Assembly: GCA_040954595.2 (NCBI GenBank)
Contig: CM082580.2
Location: 362,783 to 426,782 of the forward strand
DNA: 64,000 bases
Source: Balanoglossus misakiensis
Taxonomy: Eukaryota > Animalia > Hemichordata
Reading direction: 5' to 3'
Shown piece by piece: positions 43,301 to 58,300 of the stretch. The position numbers and the translations under genes were made by a program. The stretch's first letter is position 1. Every line of letters starts with the position of its first letter. The notes under the pieces were generated by a model, which did not search any database, was not told where the DNA came from, and saw nothing but the letters and a program-made list of their open reading frames with translations.

Positions 43301-46300
43301 CACCCATGTTTTTTTTCAAAAATCGACGAAATTTTGAGATTTTGCAAATTCGAAAATTTGTCATTTTTTGATGATTTTCACCCATGATTTTTTTCAAAAC
43401 TCGACGAAATTTTGAGATTTTGCAAAGACGAAAATTTGTAATTTTTTGATGATTTTCACCCATGACTTTTTTTCAAAAATTTACGAAATTTTGAGATTTT
43501 GCAAAGTCGAAAATTTGTCATTTTTTGATGATTTTCACCCATGTTTTTTTTTCAAAAATCGACGAAATTTTGAGATTTTGCAAATTCGAAAATTTGTACT
43601 TTTTTGATGATTTTCACCCATGTTTTTTTTCAAAAATCAACGAACTTATGATTTTTTTTCAAAAATCGACAAAATTTTGAGATTTTGCAAAGTCGAAAAT
43701 TTGTCATTTTTTGATGATTTTCACCCATGATTTTTCTCAAAAATCGACGAAATTTTGAGATTTTGCAAAGTCGAAAATTTGTCATTTTTTGATGATTTTC
43801 ACCCATGATTTTTTTTCAAAAATCGACGAAATTTTGAGATTTTGCAAAGTCGAAAATTTGTCATTTATTAATGATTTTCACCCATGATTTTTTTTCAAAA
43901 ATCGACAAAATTTTGAGATTTTGCAAAGTCGAAAATTTGTAATTTTTTGATGATTTTCACCCGTTTTTTTTCAAAATTGAACGAACCCATGATTTTTTTC
44001 AAAAATCGACGAAATTTTGAGATTTTGCAAAGTCGAAAATTTGTCATTTTTTGATAATTTTTTCCTATGATTTTTCTCAAAAATCGACGAAATTTTGAGA
44101 TTTTGCAAAGTCAAAAATTTGTCATTTTTTGATGATTTTCACCCATGATTTTTTTCAAAAATCGACGAAATTTAAGATTTTGCAAAGTCGAAAATTTGTC
44201 ATTTTTTGATGATTTTTACCCATGATTTTTTTTTTCAAAAATCGACGATTTTTTGAGATTTTGCAAAGACGAAACTTTTTAATTTTTTGATGATTTTCAC
44301 CCATGACTTTTTTTCAAAAATTTACGAAATTTTGAGATTTTGCAAAGTCGAAAATTTGTCATTTTTTGATGATTTTCACCCATGTTTTTTTTTTCAAAAA
44401 TCGACGAAATTTTGAGATTTTGCAAATTCGAAAATTTGTAATTTTTTGATGATTTTCACCCATGTTTTTTTTCAAAAATCAACGAACCCATGATTTTTTT
44501 TCAAAAATCGACAAAATTTTGAGATTTTGCAAAGTCGAAAATTAGTCATTTTTTGATGATTTTCACCCATGATTTTTTTCAAAAATCGACGAAATTTTTA
44601 GATTTTGCAAAGTCGACAATTTGTCATTTTTTGATGATTTTCACCATGATTTTTTTTTAAAAAATGACGAAATTTTGAGATTTTGCAAAGACGAAAATTT
44701 GTCATTTTTTGATGATTTTCACCCATGATTTTTTTTCAAAAATGTACGAAATTTTGAGATTTTGCAAAGTCGAAAATTTGTAATTTTTTGATGATTTTCA
44801 CCAATGTTTTTTTTTAAAAATCAACGAACCCATGATTTTTTTAAAAAATTGACACCAATGTTTTTTTTTAAAAATCAACGAACTCATGATTTTTTTAAAA
44901 AATTGACATTTTGAGATTTTGCAAAGTCGAAAATTTGTCATTTTTTGATGATTTTCACCATGATTGTTTTTTTCAAAAATCGACAAAATTTTTAGATTTT
45001 GCAAAGTCGAAAATTTGTAATTTTTTGATGATTTTTACCCATGATTTTTTTTTTCAAAAATCGACGAAATTTTGAGATTTTGCAAAGACGAAAATTTGTA
45101 ATTTTTTGATGATTTTCACCCATGACTTTTTTTCAAAAATTTACGAAATTTTGAGATTTTGCAAAGTCGAAAATTTGTCATTTTTTGATGATTTTTTCCC
45201 ATGATTTTGTTTTTCAAAAATCGACCAAATTTTGGGATTTTGCAAAGACGAAAATTTGTCATTTTTTGATGATTTTCACCCATGATTTTTTTCAAAAATC
45301 GACGAACCCATGATTTTTTTTTCCAAAATCTACGAAATTTTGAGATTTTGCAAAGTCGAAAATTTGTAATTTTTTGATGATTTTCACCCATGTTTTTTTT
45401 TCCAAAATCGACGAAATTTTGAGATTTTGCAAATTCGAAAATTTGTAATTTTTTGATGATTTTCACCCATGTTTTTTTTCAAAAATCAACGAACCCATGA
45501 TTTTTTTTCAAAAATCGACAAAATTTTGAGATTTTGCAAAGTCGAAAATTTGTCATTTTTTGATGATTTTCACCCATGATTTTTCTCAAAAATCGACGAA
45601 ATTTTGAGATTTTGCAAAGTCGAAAATTTGTCATTTTTTGATGATTTTCACCCATGATTTTTTTCAAAAATCGACGAAATTTTTAGATTTTGCAAAGTCG
45701 AAAATTTGTAATTTTTTGATTATTTTCACCCATGTTTTTTTTCAAAAATCAACGAACCCATGATTTTTTTTCAAAAATCGACAAAATTTTGAGATTTTGC
45801 AAAGTCGAAAATTTGTCATTTTTTGATGATTTTCACCCATGATTTTTTTCAAAAATCGACAAAATTTTTAGATTTTGCAAAGTCGAAAATTTGTAATTTT
45901 TTGATTATTTTCACCCATGATTTTTTTCAAAAATCGACAAAATTTTGAGATTTTGCAAATTCGAAAATTTGTAATGTTTTGATGATTTTCACCCATGTAT
46001 TTTTTCAAAAATCAACGAACCCATGATTTTTTTTCAAAAATCGACGAAATTTTGAGATTTTGCAAAGTCGAAAATTTGTCATTTATTAATGATTTTCACC
46101 CATGATTTTTTTTCAAAAATCGACAAAATTTTGAGATTTTGCAAAGTCGAAAATTTGTAATTTTTTGATGATTTTCACCCATGTTTTTTTTTAAAATTGA
46201 ACGAACCCATGATTTTTTTCAAAAATCGACGAAATTTTGAGATTTTGCAAAGTCGAAAATTTGTCATTTTTTGATGATTTTCACCCATGTTTTTTTTCAA

Positions 46301-49300
46301 AAATCGACGAACCCATGATTTTTTTCAAAATCGACGAAATTTTGAGATTTTGCAAAGTCGAAAATTTGTCATTTGTTGATGATTTTCATAAGCTATAACC
46401 CATTTTTTTTTCAAAAATCAACGAATTTTTGAAAATTTTGCAAAGTCGAAAATTTGTCATTTTTTGATGATTTTCACCCATGATTTTTTTCAAAAATTGA
46501 CGAAATTTTAAGATTTTGCAGTCGAAAATTTGTAATTTTTTGATTATTTTCACCCATGATTTTTTTCAAAAATCGACAAAATTTTGAGATTTTGCAAATT
46601 CGAAAATTTGTAATTTTTTGATGATTTTCACCCATGTATTTTTTCAAAAATCAACGAACCCATGATTTTTTTTCAAAAATCGACAAAATTTTGAGTTTTT
46701 GCAAAGTCGAAAATTTGTCATTTTTTGATGATTTTCACCCATGATTTTTCTCAAAAATCGACGAAATTTTGAGATTTTGCAAAGTCGAAAATTTGTAATT
46801 TTTTGATGATTTTCACCCATGATTTTTTTTCAAAAATCGACGAAATTTTGAGATTTTGCAAAGTCGAAAATTTGTCATTTATTAATGATTTTCACCCATG
46901 ATTTTTTTTCAAAAATCGACAAAATTTTGAGATTTTGCAAAGTCGAAAATTTGTAATTTTTTGATGATTTTCACCCATGTTTTTTTTTAAAATTGAACGA
47001 ACCCATGATTTTTTTCAAAAATCGACGAAATTTTGAGATTTTGCAAAGTCGAAAATTTGTCATTTTTTGATGATTTTCACCCATGATTTTTTTCAAAAAT
47101 CGACAAAATTTTTAGATTTTGCAAAGTCGAAAATTTGTTATTTTTTGATGATTTTTACCCATGATTTTTTTTTTCAAAAATCGACGAAATTTTGAGATTT
47201 TGCAAAGACGAAAATTTGTAATTTTTTGATGATTTTCACCCATGACTTTTTTTCAAATATTTACGAAATTTTGAGATTTTGAAAAGTCGAAAATTTGTCA
47301 TTTTTTGATGATTTTCACCCATGTTTTTTTTCAAAAATCGACGAAATTTTGAGATTTTGCAAATTCGAAAATTTGTAATTTTTTGATGATTTTCACCCAT
47401 GTTTTTTTTAAAAAATCAACGAACCCATGATTTTTTTTCAAAAATCGACAAAATTTTGAGATTTTGCAAAGTCGAAAATTTGTCATTTTTTGATGATTTT
47501 CACCCATGATTTTTTTCAAAACTCGACGAAATTTTGAGATTTTGCAAAGACGAAAATTTGTAATTTTTTGATGATTTTCACCCATGACTTTTTTTCAAAA
47601 ATTTACGAAATTTTGAGATTTTGCAAAGTCGAAAATTTGTCATTTTTTGATGATTTTCACCCATGTTTTTTTTTCAAAAATCGACGAAATTTTGAGATTT
47701 TGCAAATTCGAAAATTTGTACTTTTTTGATGATTTTCACCCATGTTTTTTTTCAAAAATCAACGAACCCATGATTTTTTTTCAAAAATCGACAAAATTTT
47801 GAGATTTTGCAAAGTCGAAAATTTGTCATTTTTTGATGATTTTCACCCATGATTTTTCTCAAAAATCGACGAAATTTTGAGATTTTGCAAAGTCGAAAAT
47901 TTGTCATTTTTTGATGATTTTCACCCATGATTTTTTTTCAAAAATCGACGAAATTTTGAGATTTTGCAAAGTCGAAAATTTGTCATTTATTAATGATTTT
48001 CACCCATGATTTTTTTTCAAAAATCGACAAAATTTTGAGATTTTGCAAAGTCGAAAATTTGTCATTTTTTGATGATTTTCACCCATGATTTTTTTCAAAA
48101 CTCGACGAAATTTTGAGATTTTGCAAAGACGAAAATTTGTAATTTTTTGATGATTTTCACCCATGACTTTTTTTCAAAAATTTACGAAATTTTGAGATTT
48201 TGCAAAGTCGAAAATTTGTCATTTTTTGATGATTTTCACCCATGTTTTTTTTTCAAAAATCGACGAAATTTTGAGATTTTGCAAATTCGAAAATTTGTAC
48301 TTTTTTGATGATTTTCACCCATGTTTTTTTTCAAAAATCAACGAACCCATGATTTTTTTTCAAAAATCGACAAAATTTTGAGATTTTGCAAAGTCGAAAA
48401 TTTGTCATTTTTTGATGATTTTCACCCATGATTTTTCTCAAAAATCGACGAAATTTTGAGATTTTGCAAAGTCGAAAATTTGTCATTTTTTGATGATTTT
48501 CACCCATGATTTTTTTTCAAAAATCGACGAAATTTTGAGATTTTGCAAAGTCGAAAATTTGTCATTTATTAATGATTTTTCACCCATGATTTTTTTTCAA
48601 AAATCGACAAAATTTTGAGATTTTGCAAAGTCGAAAATTTGTCATTTTTTGATGATTTTCACCCATGATTTTTTTCAAAACTCGACGAAATTTTGAGATT
48701 TTGCAAAGACGAAAATTTGTAATTTTTTGATGATTTTCACCCATGACTTTTTTTCAAAAATTTACGAAATTTTGAGATTTTGCAAAGTCGAAAATTTGTC
48801 ATTTTTTGATGATTTTCACCCATGTTTTTTTTTCAAAAATCGACGAAATTTTGAGATTTTGCAAATTCGAAAATTTGTACTTTTTTGATGATTTTCACCC
48901 ATGTTTTTTTTCAAAAATCAACGAACCCATGATTTTTTTTCAAAAATCGACAAAATTTTGAGATTTTGCAAAGTCGAAAATTTGTCATTTTTTGATGATT
49001 TTCACCCATGATTTTTCTCAAAAATCGACGAAATTTTGAGATTTTGCAAAGTCGAAAATTTGTCATTTTTTGATGATTTTCACCCATGATTTTTTTTCAA
49101 AAATCGACGAAATTTTGAGATTTTGCAAAGTCGAAAATTTGTCATTTATTAATGATTTTCACCCATGATTTTTTTTCAAAAATCGACAAAATTTTGAGAT
49201 TTTGCAAAGTCGAAAATTTGTAATTTTTTGATGATTTTCACCCGTTTTTTTTCAAAATTGAACGAACCCATGATTTTTTTCAAAAATCGACGAAATTTTG

Positions 49301-52300
49301 AGATTTTGCAAAGTCGAAAATTTGTCATTTTTTGATAATTTTTTCCTATGATTTTTCTCAAAAATCGACGAAATTTTGAGATTTTGCAAAGTCAAAAATT
49401 TGTCATTTTTTGATGATTTTCACCCATGATTTTTTTCAAAAATCGACGAAATTTAAGATTTTGCAAAGTCGAAAATTTGTCATTTTTTGATGATTTTCAC
49501 CCATGATTTTTTTCAAAAATCGACAAAATTTTTAGATTTTGCAAAGTCGAAAATTTGTAATTTTTTGATGATTTTTACCCATGATTTTTTTTTCAAAAAT
49601 CGACGAAATTTTGAGATTTTGCAAAGACGAAACTTTTTAATTTTTTGATGATTTTCACCCATGATTTTTTTTCAAAAATTTACGAAATTTTGAGATTTTG
49701 CAAAGTCGAAAATTTGTCATTTTTTGATGATTTTCACCCATGATTTTTTTCAAAAATCGACGAAATTTTGAGATTTTGCAAAGTCGAAAATTTGTCATTT
49801 TTTGATGATTTTCACCCATGATTTTTTTCAAAAATCGACGAAATTTTTAGATTTTGCAAAGTCGAAAATTTGTAATTTTTTGATGATTTTTACCCATGAT
49901 TTTTTTTTTCAAAAATCGACGATTTTTTGAGATTTTGCAAAGACGAAACTTTTTAATTTTTTGATGATTTTCACCCATGACTTTTTTTCAAAAATTTACG
50001 AAATTTTGAGATTTTGCAAAGTCGAAAATTTGTCATTTTTTGATGATTTTCACCCATGTTTTTTTTTTCAAAAATCGACGAAATTTTGAGATTTTGCAAA
50101 TTCGAAAATTTGTAATTTTTTGATGATTTTCACCCATGTTTTTTTTCAAAAATCAACGAACCCATGATTTTTTTTCAAAAATCGACAAAATTTTGAGATT
50201 TTGCAAAGTCGAAAATTTGTCATTTTTTGATGATTTTCACCCATGATTTTTTTCAAAAATCGACGAAATTTTTAGATTTTGCAAAGTCGACAATTTGTCA
50301 TTTTTTGATGATTTTCACCATGATTTTTTTTTAAAAAATGACGAAATTTTGAGATTTTGCAAAGACGAAAATTTGTCATTTTTTGATGATTTTCACCCAT
50401 GATTTTTTTTCAAAAATGTACGAAATTTTGAGATTTTGCAAAGTCGAAAATTTGTAATTTTTTGATGATTTTCACCAATGTTTTTTTTTAAAAATCAACG
50501 AACCCATGATTTTTTTAAAAAATTGACACCAATGTTTTTTTTTTAAAATCAACGAACTCATGATTTTTTTAAAAAATTGACATTTTGAGATTTTGCAAAG
50601 TCGAAAATTTGTCATTTTTTGATGATTTTCACCATGATTGTTTTTTTCAAAAATCGACAAAATTTTTAGATTTTGCAAAGTCGAAAATTTGTAATTTTTT
50701 GATGATTTTTACCCATGATTTTTTTTTTCAAAAATCGACGAAATTTTGAGATTTTGCAAAGACGAAAATTTGTAATTTTTTGATGATTTTCACCCATGAC
50801 TTTTTTTCAAAAATTTACGAAATTTTGAGATTTTGCAAAGTCGAAAATTTGTCATTTTTTGATGATTTTTTCCCATGATTTTGTTTTTCAAAAATCGACC
50901 AAATTTTGGGATTTTGCAAAGACGAAAATTTGTCATTTTTTGATGATTTTCACCCATGATTTTTTTCAAAAATCGACGAACCCATGATTTTTTTTTCCAA
51001 AATCTACGAAATTTTGAGATTTTGCAAAGTCGAAAATTTGTAATTTTTTGATGATTTTCACCCATGTTTTTTTTTCCAAAATCGACGAAATTTTGAGATT
51101 TTGCAAATTCGAAAATTTGTAATTTTTTGATGATTTTCACCCATGTTTTTTTTCAAAAATCAACGAACCCATGATTTTTTTTCAAAAATCGACAAAATTT
51201 TGAGATTTTGCAAAGTCGAAAATTTGTCATTTTTTGATGATTTTCACCCATGATTTTTCTCAAAAATCGACGAAATTTTGAGATTTTGCAAAGTCGAAAA
51301 TTTGTAATTTTTTGATGATTTTCACCCATGATTTTTTTTCAAAAATCGACGAAATTTTGAGATTTTGCAAAGTCGAAAATTTGTCATTTATTAATGATTT
51401 TCACCCATGATTTTTTTTCAAAAATCGACAAAATTTTGAGATTTTGCAAAGTCGAAAATTTGTAATTTTTTGATGATTTTCACCCATGTTTTTTTTTCAA
51501 AATTGAACGAACCCATGATTTTTTTCAAAAATCGACGAAATTTTGAGATTTTGCAAAGTCGAAAATTTGTCATTTTTTGATGATTTTCACCCATGATTTT
51601 TTTCAAAAATCGACAAAATTTTTAGATTTTGCAAAGTCGAAAATTTGTAATTTTTTGATGATTTTTACCCATGATTTTTTTTTTCAAAAATCGACGAAAT
51701 TTTGAGATTTTGCAAAGACGAAAATTTGTAATTTTTTTATGATTTTCACCCATGACTTTTTTTCAAAAATTTACGAAATTTTGAGATTTTGCAAAGTCGA
51801 AAATTTGTCATTTTTTGATGATTTTCACCCATGTTTTTTTTTCAAAAATCGACGAAATTTTGAGATTTTGCAAATTCGAAAATTTGTAATTTTTTGATGA
51901 TTTTCACCCATGTTTTTTTTTCAAAAATCAACGAACCCATGATTTTTTTTCAAAAATCTACGAAATTTTGAGATTTTGCAAAGTCGAAAATTTGTCATTT
52001 TTTGATGATTTTCACCCATGATTTTTTTCAAAAATCGACAAAATTTTTAGATTTTGCAAAGTCGAAAATTTGTATTTTTTTGATGATTTTTACCCATGAT
52101 TTTTTTTTTCAAAAATCGACGAAATTTTGAGATTTTGCAAAGACGAAAATTTGTAATGTTTTGATGATTTTCACCCATGTTTTTTTTTCAAAAATCAACG
52201 AACCCATGATTTTTTTTCAAAAATCGACAATATTTTGAGATTTTGCAAAGTTGAACATTTGTCATTTGTTGATGATTTTCACCCATGTTTTTTTTTTTCA

Positions 52301-55300
52301 AAAATCGACGAATTTTTGAAAATTTTGTTAAGTCGAAAATTTGTAATTTTTTTGATGATTTCCCCCCCCCCCCACGATTTTTTTTTTCAAAAATCGACGA
52401 AATTTTGAGATTTTGCAAAGTTGAACATTTGTCATTTGTTGATGATTTTCACCCATGTTTTTTTTTTCAAAAATGGACGAACCCATGTTTTTTTTTTAAA
52501 ATCGACGAATTTTTCAAAATTTTGCAAAGTCGAAAATTTGTCATTTTTTTGATGATTTCCCCCCCCCCCCCACGATTTTTTTTTCAAAAATTGACGAAAT
52601 TTTGAGATTTTGCAAAGTCGAAAATTTGTCATTTTTTGATGATTTTTACCCATGATTTTTTTTCAAAAATTGACGAAATTTTAAGATTTTGCTGTCGAAA
52701 ATCTGTCTTTTTTTGACGATTTTACCCATGATTTTTTTCAGAAATCGACGAAATTTTGAGAATTTGCAAAGTCGAAACTTTGTCTTTTTTGATGATTTTC
52801 ACTCATTATTTTTTTCAAAAATCGACGAAATTTTCAGTTTTTGCAAAGTCGAAAATTTGTCATTTTTTGAAGATTTTCACCCATGTTTTTTTTCAAAAAT
52901 CGACGAACCCATGATTTTTTTCAAAATCGACGAAATTTTGAGATTTTGCAAAGTCGAAAATTTGTCATTTGTTGATGATTTTCATAAGCTATAACCCATT
53001 TTTTTTTCAAAAATCAACGAATTTTTGAAAATTTTGCAAAGTCGAAAATTTGTCATTTTTTGATGATTTTCACCCATGATTTTTTTCAAAAATCGACGAA
53101 ATTTTGAGATTTTGCAAAGTCGAAAATTTTTCATTTATTGATGATTTTTACCCATGATTTTTTTCAAAAATTGACGAAATTTTAAGATTTTGCAGTCGAA
53201 AATTTGTAATTTTTTGATTATTTTCACCCATGATTTTTTTCAAAAATCGACAAAATTTTGAGATTTTGCAAATTCGAAAATTTGTAATTTTTTGATGATT
53301 TTCACCCATGTTTTTTTTCAAAAATCAACGAACCCATGATTTTTTTTCAAAAATCGACAAAATTTTGAGATTTTGCAAAGTCGAAAATTTGTCATTTTTT
53401 GATGATTTTCACCCATGATTTTTTTCAAAAATCGACAAAATTTTTAGATTTTGCAAAGTCGAAAATTTGTAATTTTTTGATTATTTTCACCCATGATTTT
53501 TTTCAAAAATCGACAAAATTTTGAGATTTTGCAAATTCGAAAATTTGTAATTTTTTGATGATTTTCACCCATGTATTTTTTCAAAAATCAACGAACCCAT
53601 GATTTTTTTTCAAAAATCGACAAAATTTTGAGTTTTTGCAAAGTCGAAAATTTGTCATTTTTTGATGATTTTCACCCATGATTTTTCTCAAAAATCGACG
53701 AAATTTTGAGATTTTGCAAAGTCGAAAATTTGTAATTTTTTGATGATTTTCACCCATGATTTTTTTTCAAAAATCGACGAAATTTTGAGATTTTGCAAAG
53801 TCGAAAATTTGTCATTTATTAATGATTTTCACCCATGATTTTTTTTCAAAAATCGACAAAATTTTGAGATTTTGCAAAGTCGAAAATTTGTAATTTTTTG
53901 ATGATTTTCACCCATGTTTTTTTTTAAAATTGAACGAACCCATGATTTTTTTCAAAAATTGACGAAATTTTGAGATTTTGCAAAGTCGAAAATTTGTCAT
54001 TTTTTGATGATTTTCACCCATGATTTTTTTCAAAAATCGACAAAATTTTTAGATTTTGCAAAGTCGAAAATTTGTTATTTTTTGATGATTTTTACCCATG
54101 ATTTTTTTTTTCAAAAATCGACGAAATTTTGAGATTTTGCAAATACGAAAATTTGTAATTTTTTGATGATTTTCACCCATGACTTTTTTTCAAATATTTA
54201 CGAAATTTTGAGATTTTGAAAAGTCGAAAATTTGTCATTTTTTGATGATTTTCACCCATGTTTTTTTTCAAAAATCGACGAAATTTTGAGATTTTGCAAA
54301 TTCGAAAATTTGTCATTTTTTGATGATTTTCACCCATGATTTTTTTCAAAACTCGACGAAATTTTGAGATTTTGCAAAGACGAAAATTTGTAATTTTTTG
54401 ATGATTTTCACCCATGACTTTTTTTCAAAAATTTACGAAATTTTGAGATTTTGCAAAGTCGAAAATTTGTCATTTTTTGATGATTTTCACCCATGTTTTT
54501 TTTTCAAAAATCGACGAAATTTTGAGATTTTGCAAATTCGAAAATTTGTACTTTTTTGATGATTTTCACCCATGTTTTTTTTCAAAAATCAACGAACCCA
54601 TGATTTTTTTTCAAAAATCGACAAAATTTTGAGATTTTGCAAAGTCGAAAATTTGTCATTTTTTGATGATTTTCACCCATGATTTTTCTCAAAAATCGAC
54701 GAAATTTTGAGATTTTGCAAAGTCGAAAATTTGTAATTTTTTGATGATTTTCACCCATGATTTTTTTTCAAAAATCGACGAAATTTTGAGATTTTGCAAA
54801 GTCGAAAATTTGTCATTTATTAATGATTTTCACCCATGATTTTTTTTCAAAAATCGACAAAATTTTGAGATTTTGCAAAGTCGAAAATTTGTAATTTTTT
54901 GATGATTTTCACCCGTTTTTTTTCAAAATTGAACGAACCCATGATTTTTTTCAAAAATCGACGAAATTTTGAGATTTTGCAAAGTCGAAAATTTGTCATT
55001 TTTTGATAATTTTTTCCTATGATTTTTCTCAAAAATCGACGAAATTTTGAGATTTTGCAAAGTCAAAAATTTGTCATTTTTTGATGATTTTCACCCATGA
55101 TTTTTTTCAAAAATCGACGAAATTTAAGATTTTGCAAAGTCGAAAATTTGTCATTTTTTGATGATTTTCACCCATGATTTTTTTCAAAAATCGACAAAAT
55201 TTTTAGATTTTGCAAAGTCGAAAATTTGTAATTTTTTGATGATTTTTACCCATGATTTTTTTTTCAAAAATCGACGAAATTTTGAGATTTTGCAAAGACG

Positions 55301-58300
55301 AAACTTTTTAATTTTTTGATGATTTTCACCCATGATTTTTTTTCAAAAATTTACGAAATTTTGAGATTTTGCAAAGTCGAAAATTTGTCATTTTTTGATG
55401 ATTTTCACCCATGATTTTTTTCAAAAATCGACGAAATTTTGAGATTTTGCAAAGTCGAAAATTTGTCATTTTTTGATGATTTTCACCCATGATTTTTTTC
55501 AAAAATCGACAAAATTTTTAGATTTTGCAAAGTCGAAAATTTGTAATTTTTTGATGATTTTTACCCATGATTTTTTTTTTCAAAAATCGACGATTTTTTG
55601 AGATTTTGCAAAGACGAAACTTTTTAATTTTTTGATGATTTTCACCCATGACTTTTTTTCAAAAATTTACGAAATTTTGAGATTTTGCAAAGTCGAAAAT
55701 TTGTCATTTTTTGATGATTTTCACCCATGTTTTTTTTTTCAAACATCGACGAAATTTTGAGATTTTGCAAATTCGAAAATTTGTAATTTTTTGATGATTT
55801 TCACCCATGTTTTTTTTCAAAAATCAACGAACCCATGATTTTTTTTCAAAAATCGACAAAATTTTGAGATTTTGCAAAGTCGAAAATTAGTCATTTTTTG
55901 ATGATTTTCACCCATGATTTTTTTCAAAAATCGACGAAATTTTTAGATTTTGCAAAGTCGACAATTTGTCATTTTTTGATGATTTTCACCATGATTTTTT
56001 TTTAAAAAATGACGAAATTTTGAGATTTTGCAAAGACGAAAATTTGTCATTTTTTGATGATTTTCACCCATGATTTTTTTTCAAAAATGTACGAAATTTT
56101 GAGATTTTGCAAAGTCGAAAATTTGTAATTTTTTGATGATTTTCACCAATGTTTTTTTTTAAAAATCAACGAACCCATGATTTTTTTAAAAAATTGACAC
56201 CAATGTTTTTTTTTAAAAATCAACGAACTCATGATTTTTTTAAAAAATTGACATTTTGAGATTTTGCAAAGTCGAAAATTTGTCATTTTTTGATGATTTT
56301 CACCATGATTGTTTTTTTCAAAAATCGACAAAATTTTTAGATTTTGCAAAGTCGAAAATTTGTAATTTTTTGATGATTTTTACCCATGATTTTTTTTTTC
56401 AAAAATCGACGAAATTTTGAGATTTTGCAAAGACGAAAATTTGTAATTTTTTGATGATTTTCACCCATGACTTTTTTTCAAAAATTTACGAAATTTTGAG
56501 ATTTTGCAAAGTCGAAAATTTGTCATTTTTTGATGATTTTTTCCCATGATTTTGTTTTTCAAAAATCGACCAAATTTTGGGATTTTGCAAAGACGAAAAT
56601 TTGTCATTTTTTGATGATTTTCACCCATGATTTTTTTCAAAAATCGACGAACCCATGATTTTTTTTTCCAAAATCTACGAAATTTTGAGATTTTGCAAAG
56701 TCGAAAATTTGTAATTTTTTGATGATTTTCACCCATGTTTTTTTTTCCAAAATCGACGAAATTTTGAGATTTTGCAAATTCGAAAATTTGTAATTTTTTG
56801 ATGATTTTCACCCATGTTTTTTTTCAAAAATCAACGAACCCATGATTTTTTTTCAAAAATCGACAAAATTTTGAGATTTTGCAAAGTCGAAAATTTGTCA
56901 TTTTTTGATGATTTTCACCCATGATTTTTCTCAAAAATCGACGAAATTTTGAGATTTTGCAAAGTCGAAAATTTGTAATTTTTTGATGATTTTCACCCAT
57001 GATTTTTTTTCAAAAATCGACGAAATTTTGAGATTTTGCAAAGTCGAAAATTTGTCATTTATTAATGATTTTCACCCATGATTTTTTTTCAAAAATCGAC
57101 AAAATTTTGAGATTTTGCAAAGTCGAAAATTTGTAATTTTTTGATGATTTTCACCCATGTTTTTTTTTCAAAATTGAACGAACCCATGATTTTTTTCAAA
57201 AATCGACGAAATTTTGAGATTTTGCAAAGTCGAAAATTTGTCATTTTTTGATGATTTTCACCCATGATTTTTTTCAAAAATCGACAAAATTTTTAGATTT
57301 TGCAAAGTCGAAAATTTGTACTTTTTTGATGATTTTTACCCATGATTTTTTTTTTCAAAAATCGACGAAATTTTGAGATTTTGCAAAGACGAAAATTTGT
57401 AATTTTTTTATGATTTTCACCCATGACTTTTTTTCAAAAATTTACGAAATTTTAAGATTTTGCAAAGTCGAAAATTTGTCATTTTTTGATGATTTTCACC
57501 CATGTTTTTTTTTCAAAAATCGACGAAATTTTGAGATTTTGCAAATTCGAAAATTTGTAATTTTTTGATGATTTTCACCCATGTTTTTTTTTCAAAAATC
57601 AACGAACCCATGATTTTTTTTCAAAAATCGACAAAATTTTGAGATTTTGCAAAGTCGAAAATTTGTCATTTTTTGATGATTTTCACCCATGATTTTTTTC
57701 AAAAATCGACAAAATTTTTAGATTTTGCAAAGTCGAAAATTTGTAATTTTTTGATTATTTTCACCCATGATTTTTTTCAAAAATCGACAAAATTTTGAGA
57801 TTTTGCAAATTCGAAAATTTGTAATTTTTTGATGATTTTCACCCATGTATTTTTTCAAAAATCAACGAACCCATGATTTTTTTTCAAAAATCGACAAAAT
57901 TTTGAGTTTTTGCAAAGTCGAAAATTTGTCATTTTTTGATGATTTTCACCCATGATTTTTCTCAAAAATCGACGAAATTTTGAGATTTTGCAAAGTCGAA
58001 AATTTGTAATTTTTTGATGATTTTCACCCATGTTTTTTTTCAAAAATCGACGAAATTTTGAGATTTTGCAAATTCGAAAATTTGTAATTTTTTGATGATT
58101 TTCACCCATGTTTTTTTTCAAAAATCAACGAACCCATGATTTTTTTTCAAAAATCGACAAAATTTTGAGATTTTGCAAAGTCGAAAATTTGTCATTTTTT
58201 GATGATTTTCACCCATGATTTTTTTCAAAAATCGACGAGATTTTGAGATTTTGCAAAGACGAAAATTTGTAATTTTTTGATGATTTTCACCCATGACTTT

